DNA from: an uncultured Bacilli bacterium
Lineage (GTDB): Bacteria > Bacillota_I > Bacilli_A > RF39 > UBA660
Direction: 5' to 3'
DNA: 64,000 nt
NCBI GenBank assembly: GCA_947632395.1
Contig: CANRPA010000002.1
Span: forward strand, 1,844 to 65,843
In this document: positions 59,746 through 64,000 of the stretch, piece by piece
How positions within the stretch are numbered: position 1 is the first letter of the stretch
How the letters are laid out: every line of letters starts with the position of its first letter
Position numbers and translations under genes: made by a program
Notes under the pieces: generated by a model
Seen by the model: the letters and a program-made list of their open reading frames with translations, nothing else
Told to the model about the DNA's origin: nothing
Database searches by the model: none

Positions 59746-60822
59746 TTAAAAATCTATAATTCCACATCCTTCTGCAACAAATCCCATTTTATCTAATATA
59801 AATTCTATTATAAATGGTATTATAAATATTAAAACCGCTACTATCAAACGTATTACAAACTTATGTTGCGCTTTCTTCATTTCATCTTCTTTATCTGAAC
59901 CTATTGCTTTTATGAAATCCAATATACTAAGTATTATAATAATTGCTGGAATTAAGTATTTTACCCATTTCATTATATTTTTTATAAAACCTAATAAATT
60001 ATCTGAAAATCCACAAGCATAATTATTCGAAGTGATACCTTCTAATTGCATTATATAATTATTTAAATCAACACAGTCTTTTAAACAAGGATCTATATGA
60101 GAAGTATTTCCTAATACACTTTTACAATATTGTTTTAATTGTGTTTTTGTCATATTATAATCGTAAGCATTATTTGATTGATGACTATAATATAATGTCC
60201 CAATTAAGTCTTCATATTTTGGACATGAAAATTTAAGATCTTTACTTTCACCAGTTGAACTCTCATCATATTCAGCCTCAAAACATTGATTTTCGTCAAG
60301 AATAATTATTGGATTCATGGCGAAAATGGGCATAAAATCACCAGCATATACCCATGTTCTGTCAGAAAATAAAACTTCTCTTATTAATCTTGCATTCAAT
60401 ATAATAAAATAGTAATTAGCTTCTGTTCCTAATAATGTTGGTAATATGGGTATGGTAACCTTAGTAGATACCCTACAAATCGTAACATATGTTGGACAAA
60501 CTTTTTCTTCATCAAACACATTTTTAATAATAGCTTCATCGCTCGAATCTTTATCAAGATATTTATCAATTACGTATGCTTGATCAACATGACCTATGGT
60601 GTTTTTAAGCCAATTTACTGAATCAAGACCACTACTTAAAAAAGGTTGAATTTGATAATCATCTGTTACAATAAAATATCCAGTATATTCACCAGGTCCA
60701 CTTGCAGATGATTCTGTAACATTATATTTATATCCACATCTATATAATTCTTTTGCGTTAACATTAAAATTAAACAACATAAATAAACCTATTACTACTA
60801 TTATTCTATATATTTTTTTCAT
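59746..60822 (-). CDS. secreted Cys-rich protein with C-terminal two-TM hairpin, paralog of 52120-53568
   Basis: Signal peptide (FNFNVNA|KE). C-terminal module ...LIPAIIIILSILDFIKAIGSDKEDEMKKAQHKFVIRLIVAVLIFIIPFIIEFIL aligns with KAIMASREDEIKKAQQSLIRKVIAAVMIFMI of the other protein. Confidence 0.65.
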   Translation of the reverse strand: MKKIYRIIVVIGLFMLFNFNVNAKELYRCGYKYNVTESSASGPGEYTGYFIVTDDYQIQPFLSSGLDSVNWLKNTIGHVDQAYVIDKYLDKDSSDEAIIKNVFDEEKVCPTYVTICRVSTKVTIPILPTLLGTEANYYFIILNARLIREVLFSDRTWVYAGDFMPIFAMNPIIILDENQCFEAEYDESSTGESKDLKFSCPKYEDLIGTLYYSHQSNNAYDYNMTKTQLKQYCKSVLGNTSHIDPCLKDCVDLNNYIMQLEGITSNNYACGFSDNLLGFIKNIMKWVKYLIPAIIIILSILDFIKAIGSDKEDEMKKAQHKFVIRLIVAVLIFIIPFIIEFILDKMGFVAEGCGIIDF

Positions 60823-61552
60823 ATTTCACCTCTTCACGATATGCGTCATTTATTATTAACCCCATTATGCATCCTATAAATCCTAATATAATCAAAATTA
60901 CTACACCTATATATTCGTTGTTTATATTAAACTTATATAAAACATTACTAGGTCTATTGTAACTAGTACCTAAATCATAATTTATTATATATGTAGTAAA
61001 CAATATTAATATACCACTTACTAACGATTTTAATAAATCCTTAAAAACAAATTTTAATTTATTAATTGACATAATAAGTGTAACAAAAACAAGTTCTAAA
61101 TGATGACTTATGAATAGTGTATAAAATGCAAAGCAATCAATTCCTCTTGTTATATCAGGAAAAATTACTCCCCAAAATAGTCCCATCCAACTAAGTCCAT
61201 AAATTATTTTATAAAATGGTTTATAATTTAATATTAAACTAAATACAAATAAATAATTTACAATATGACAAAAATACAACGACAAATGTACTTTTATATC
61301 ATATTCTCCATAATATAAATACGAGCCTCTATATATAAACATATTGAGTAATATTATCATTGCAATAATTATTCTAATTTTTTTATAATTTTTAGGTTGT
61401 CTTAATATTTTATTATCTTTTAATTTGTATACAATTATAAATAAAACTATTGTAACTAAAGTCATAATTAAATGTTGAATGCCAAACATTTTAAATGGAA
61501 AATTATCATTTCTTGATAATAAAAAATTTTTCATATGATAATATACCTCCAT
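60806..61552 (-). CDS. YwaF-like integral membrane protein (TIGR02206-type)
   Basis: About 7 TM. N-terminal FKMFGIQHLIM pattern recalled from the YwaF family. Start may be the internal ATG at 61534. Confidence 0.5.
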   Translation of the reverse strand: MEVYYHMKNFLLSRNDNFPFKMFGIQHLIMTLVTIVLFIIVYKLKDNKILRQPKNYKKIRIIIAMIILLNMFIYRGSYLYYGEYDIKVHLSLYFCHIVNYLFVFSLILNYKPFYKIIYGLSWMGLFWGVIFPDITRGIDCFAFYTLFISHHLELVFVTLIMSINKLKFVFKDLLKSLVSGILILFTTYIINYDLGTSYNRPSNVLYKFNINNEYIGVVILIILGFIGCIMGLIINDAYREEVKYEKNI

Positions 61553-61604
61553 AATATATTTTTTTCAACAATTTAATTATATCAAAAAAAATAAACAAAG
61601 TAAA

Positions 61605-62198
61605 TTAATTTACATTATTTATAAATTTTTTTATTAATAAATTATTATTCCATTTATATTCAAAGTAATACATCATTGATACTATTATTGACCCTAAAAA
61701 GGCAACAATTATATCCTCCATCGTATCTGTTACTCCTGTTAATTTTACTCTCTGTGGATCTACATTAAATAAACAACTTGATGTAAACTCAAACATTTCC
61801 CAAAGTGCTGCAACCATAAGCGTAACTGATATTATAAAAAATATATCAAATCTTCTATTACCATTTTTCTTTGACTTTACAAGGATAAATATTGCACCAA
61901 ATGAACTTATAATACCTGATAAAAAATGTGTATATTTATCAAACCAATATATTTTGCCATATAAATTTATTGTAACTCCTAAAAAATGTGCATTAAATAT
62001 AAATAATATATATATTAAAATTATTGCATCGCTTATATTTAATTTAAATATCTTTTTTACTATATATAAAGCATTTATCGTAAGTATTATAGACATATCT
62101 TTTAATACATATAATAAACTTTTATCTTTAGTAATTGTTATATAAATACTTCCAATAATCGCTATTAAAACAAGTGTTACATTAATTTTCTTTATCAT
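61605..62198 (-). CDS. polytopic membrane protein (tentatively DUF2238/YjdF-like)
   Basis: 197 aa, about 6 TM. FDKYTHFLSG and WEMFEF motifs. Family assignment from memory only. Confidence 0.4.
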   Translation of the reverse strand: MIKKINVTLVLIAIIGSIYITITKDKSLLYVLKDMSIILTINALYIVKKIFKLNISDAIILIYILFIFNAHFLGVTINLYGKIYWFDKYTHFLSGIISSFGAIFILVKSKKNGNRRFDIFFIISVTLMVAALWEMFEFTSSCLFNVDPQRVKLTGVTDTMEDIIVAFLGSIIVSMMYYFEYKWNNNLLIKKFINNVN

Positions 62199-63246
62199 TT
62201 GTTTCCCCTATCTCTACTTGATTTATACTATTAAATCTTTTTGTAATTTTATCTGTTGTCGTATATATATCTTTTACATCGCGACTTACTGTTTCTATAC
62301 TTCTATATAATTTATCCCATCTATCTTTATAACGCTTAAATTCTTCATCCAAAAGTTTAAGTTCATTATGGATAACTTTTGTATACTTATCTCTTTCTAT
62401 ATTTTTTAGTATTATTTGTATTGTTGTAAGAGTACTAATAAGTGTTGTAGGACTTGTTATCCATACTCTATTTTTATACGCATATTCAAGTATTTCAGTA
62501 TGATATGCATTAATTTCTGCAAATATTGCTTCTGCTGGTAAAAATAGTATTGCTTGGTCACTAGTTTCACCTGGAATTATATATTTACTACTTATTGCAT
62601 CTATATGTTTTTTCATGTCTGATTTAAACAATTTTTCAGCCTGTTCTCTTTCACTAACACTATTTTTTTTATCAACCATTATTTGATAATGCTCTAAAGG
62701 AAACTTGGAATCTATTGCAATAGTACCAAGAGGTTCTGGTGTAAAAAGAACAGAGTCTGCTATTGTTCCGTTTGAAAGTGTATATTGTGTTGCATATATT
62801 TTAGTATTATTTGGACCAAATACATTAGATAAAATGTGCTCTAAATTTACTTCACCAAATATGCCTCTAGTTTTTTTATCTGTTAATACTCCCTGAAGTG
62901 AAACTATATCTCCAGATAACGTATCTATTTTCTTTTGTGCCTCATCTATTTTAGATAATCTTTCAAGTACATTTTCAAATGTTTTATTAGTTTTTTCAAA
63001 GTTTTCATCTAATCTTTCATTTACTTTATCATTTATTAATCTAAGTCTATTATCTAGTTTTTCAGTTTGATTATTAAAATCTTCAGTAATACTATGTAAA
63101 AAATCTGTCTTAAACTCTCCTATTTCCTTTATTAAACTTACTTCTAATTTATTTATTCTATCATTTGAACTATTATCTTTTTTTATTAGTAACACTACTA
63201 TTAAGACTAATATTATTATTAATATTCCAAGTATTATATATTCCAT
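62182..63246 (-). CDS. rmuC: DNA recombination protein RmuC
   Basis: N-terminal TM, long coiled coil, C-terminal RmuC nuclease-like domain (GIFGEVNLEHIL..., IAIDSKFPLE, FLPAEAIFAE). 354 aa. Confidence 0.8.
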   Translation of the reverse strand: MEYIILGILIIILVLIVVLLIKKDNSSNDRINKLEVSLIKEIGEFKTDFLHSITEDFNNQTEKLDNRLRLINDKVNERLDENFEKTNKTFENVLERLSKIDEAQKKIDTLSGDIVSLQGVLTDKKTRGIFGEVNLEHILSNVFGPNNTKIYATQYTLSNGTIADSVLFTPEPLGTIAIDSKFPLEHYQIMVDKKNSVSEREQAEKLFKSDMKKHIDAISSKYIIPGETSDQAILFLPAEAIFAEINAYHTEILEYAYKNRVWITSPTTLISTLTTIQIILKNIERDKYTKVIHNELKLLDEEFKRYKDRWDKLYRSIETVSRDVKDIYTTTDKITKRFNSINQVEIGETNDKEN

Positions 63247-63319
63247 ATTGACCTCTTTTCTATTTTCATATAAATATATTGTACTGCATTATCAATTGTT
63301 TGTAAAGTTTATAATACAA

Positions 63320-63344
63320 TAAAAATAAGCAGAAAACTGCTTAT
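63320..63344 (-). terminator. intrinsic terminator of the rhodanese gene
   Basis: Minus strand ataagcag-tttt-ctgcttat (plus 63325-63344) followed by TTTTTATT. The stop codon is inside the stem. Confidence 0.65.
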
Positions 63345-63628
63345 TCACTTAGTATCCATGCCTCATATCCACCCTGTACATTTACTACATTAAATCCTTT
63401 GTTTGAAAGTATTTGACATAGTTTTCTACTTTGTATTCCTTTTTGGCAATATATATAATATCTACTACCCTTATTTAAATATTTGTCTGGATTAATTAAA
63501 AGTTGGTTGGTATTTATATTTACTGCGTTATTTATATGATTATTATTATATTGTTCTACGTTCCTTATATCTATTAAATTTATATTACCAAGTCTTTTTA
63601 ATTCAGACACAGAAATACTATTAATCAT
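63341..63628 (-). CDS. rhodanese-like domain protein
   Basis: 95 aa. LIDIRN..EY...HI..A.NI and the active-site loop YIYCQKGIQS (Cys) typical of single-domain rhodaneses. Confidence 0.75.
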   Translation of the reverse strand: MINSISVSELKRLGNINLIDIRNVEQYNNNHINNAVNINTNQLLINPDKYLNKGSRYYIYCQKGIQSRKLCQILSNKGFNVVNVQGGYEAWILSE

Positions 63629-63683
63629 ATAACCACCCTAATACATTATATGAGGGTGGTTATATTTTATAAAGTTAAAAAGT

Positions 63684-64000
63684 TTATTCGTCACTAAAGA
63701 AATCGTCAAAGAATTCATCATCAGTAATTCCTTTATCTTTCTTTTCAGTTTCATACTTAGTAGATTCATCAATATCATTAATAGGTGCAGTTGATGTCTG
63801 TGCTTTTTTCTCTTCTTCTTTTAATTTTTCTTGTCTTTCTTCTTCTTCAAGTTCTGCTATTTTAGCATCTATTCTTTTTACTAAATCATCTACATTAAAT
63901 CCGCCACTACTACCTTGTGGTTTAGTATCCATAAAAGGATTAAATGGCATACCTCCCATACCTGGCATAATAGGTGATTTTGGGACATCTCCATTTAACA
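63684..64000 (-). CDS. C-terminal part of an unidentified protein with G/M/P-rich linker and acidic tail (ORF open to right edge)
   Basis: The frame stays open upstream of the track ATG (…LNGDVPKSPIMPGMGGMPFNPF…), so the gene probably starts beyond 64000. Low-complexity K/E coiled region and DDEFFDDFFSDE terminus. No family assigned. Confidence 0.4.
   Translation of the reverse strand, partial: LNGDVPKSPIMPGMGGMPFNPFMDTKPQGSSGGFNVDDLVKRIDAKIAELEEEERQEKLKEEEKKAQTSTAPINDIDESTKYETEKKDKGITDDEFFDDFFSDE

Overview
Very AT-rich, gene-dense chromosomal segment from a low-GC, spore-forming Firmicute (Clostridia/Erysipelotrichia-like). Sporulation markers present: spoVS, spoVG, yabP, yabQ, gerQ and a SpoIIID-like regulator. 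All but six genes lie on the minus strand, and many are translationally coupled. Content is mostly core housekeeping: recG (partial), hemW, lepA, cca, HU, a CIRCE-controlled hrcA-grpE-dnaK-(pepF)-dnaJ heat-shock operon, a GluP-like rhomboid, tspO, sufU, several ABC ATPases, U32 proteins, a CaCA antiporter, a large sigma-70 protein, ttcA, pcrA, recD2, PFOR, greA, pduL, lemA, divIC, smpB, rnr and rmuC. The only clear accessory module is a double-glycine (class II) bacteriocin operon at about 16.5-19.6 kb. Its three precursor peptides and a small membrane ORF are missing from the ORF track and were found by hand translation. Its C39-ABC exporter appears to need a non-canonical start codon to include the catalytic Cys. 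Other leads: a promoter-to-terminator orphan sRNA candidate (894-1028); a Cys-rich N-terminal extension on GrpE; a tandem-HTH SpoIIID-like protein wedged between lepA and hemW; a sigma factor with a duplicated region 4; a frameshifted nucleotidase/nucleoside-hydrolase fusion in an HD/HAD cluster; a perfect inverted-repeat operator in the pcrA promoter; an orphan type IV pilin next to two uncharacterised coupled ORFs; and two paralogous Cys-rich secreted proteins sharing a VirB2-like two-TM hairpin. I saw no rRNA, tRNA, tmRNA, CRISPR array, transposase, integrase or prophage genes. I could not support a novel multi-gene defence-type system here. All family assignments come from motif recognition by eye and need database confirmation.
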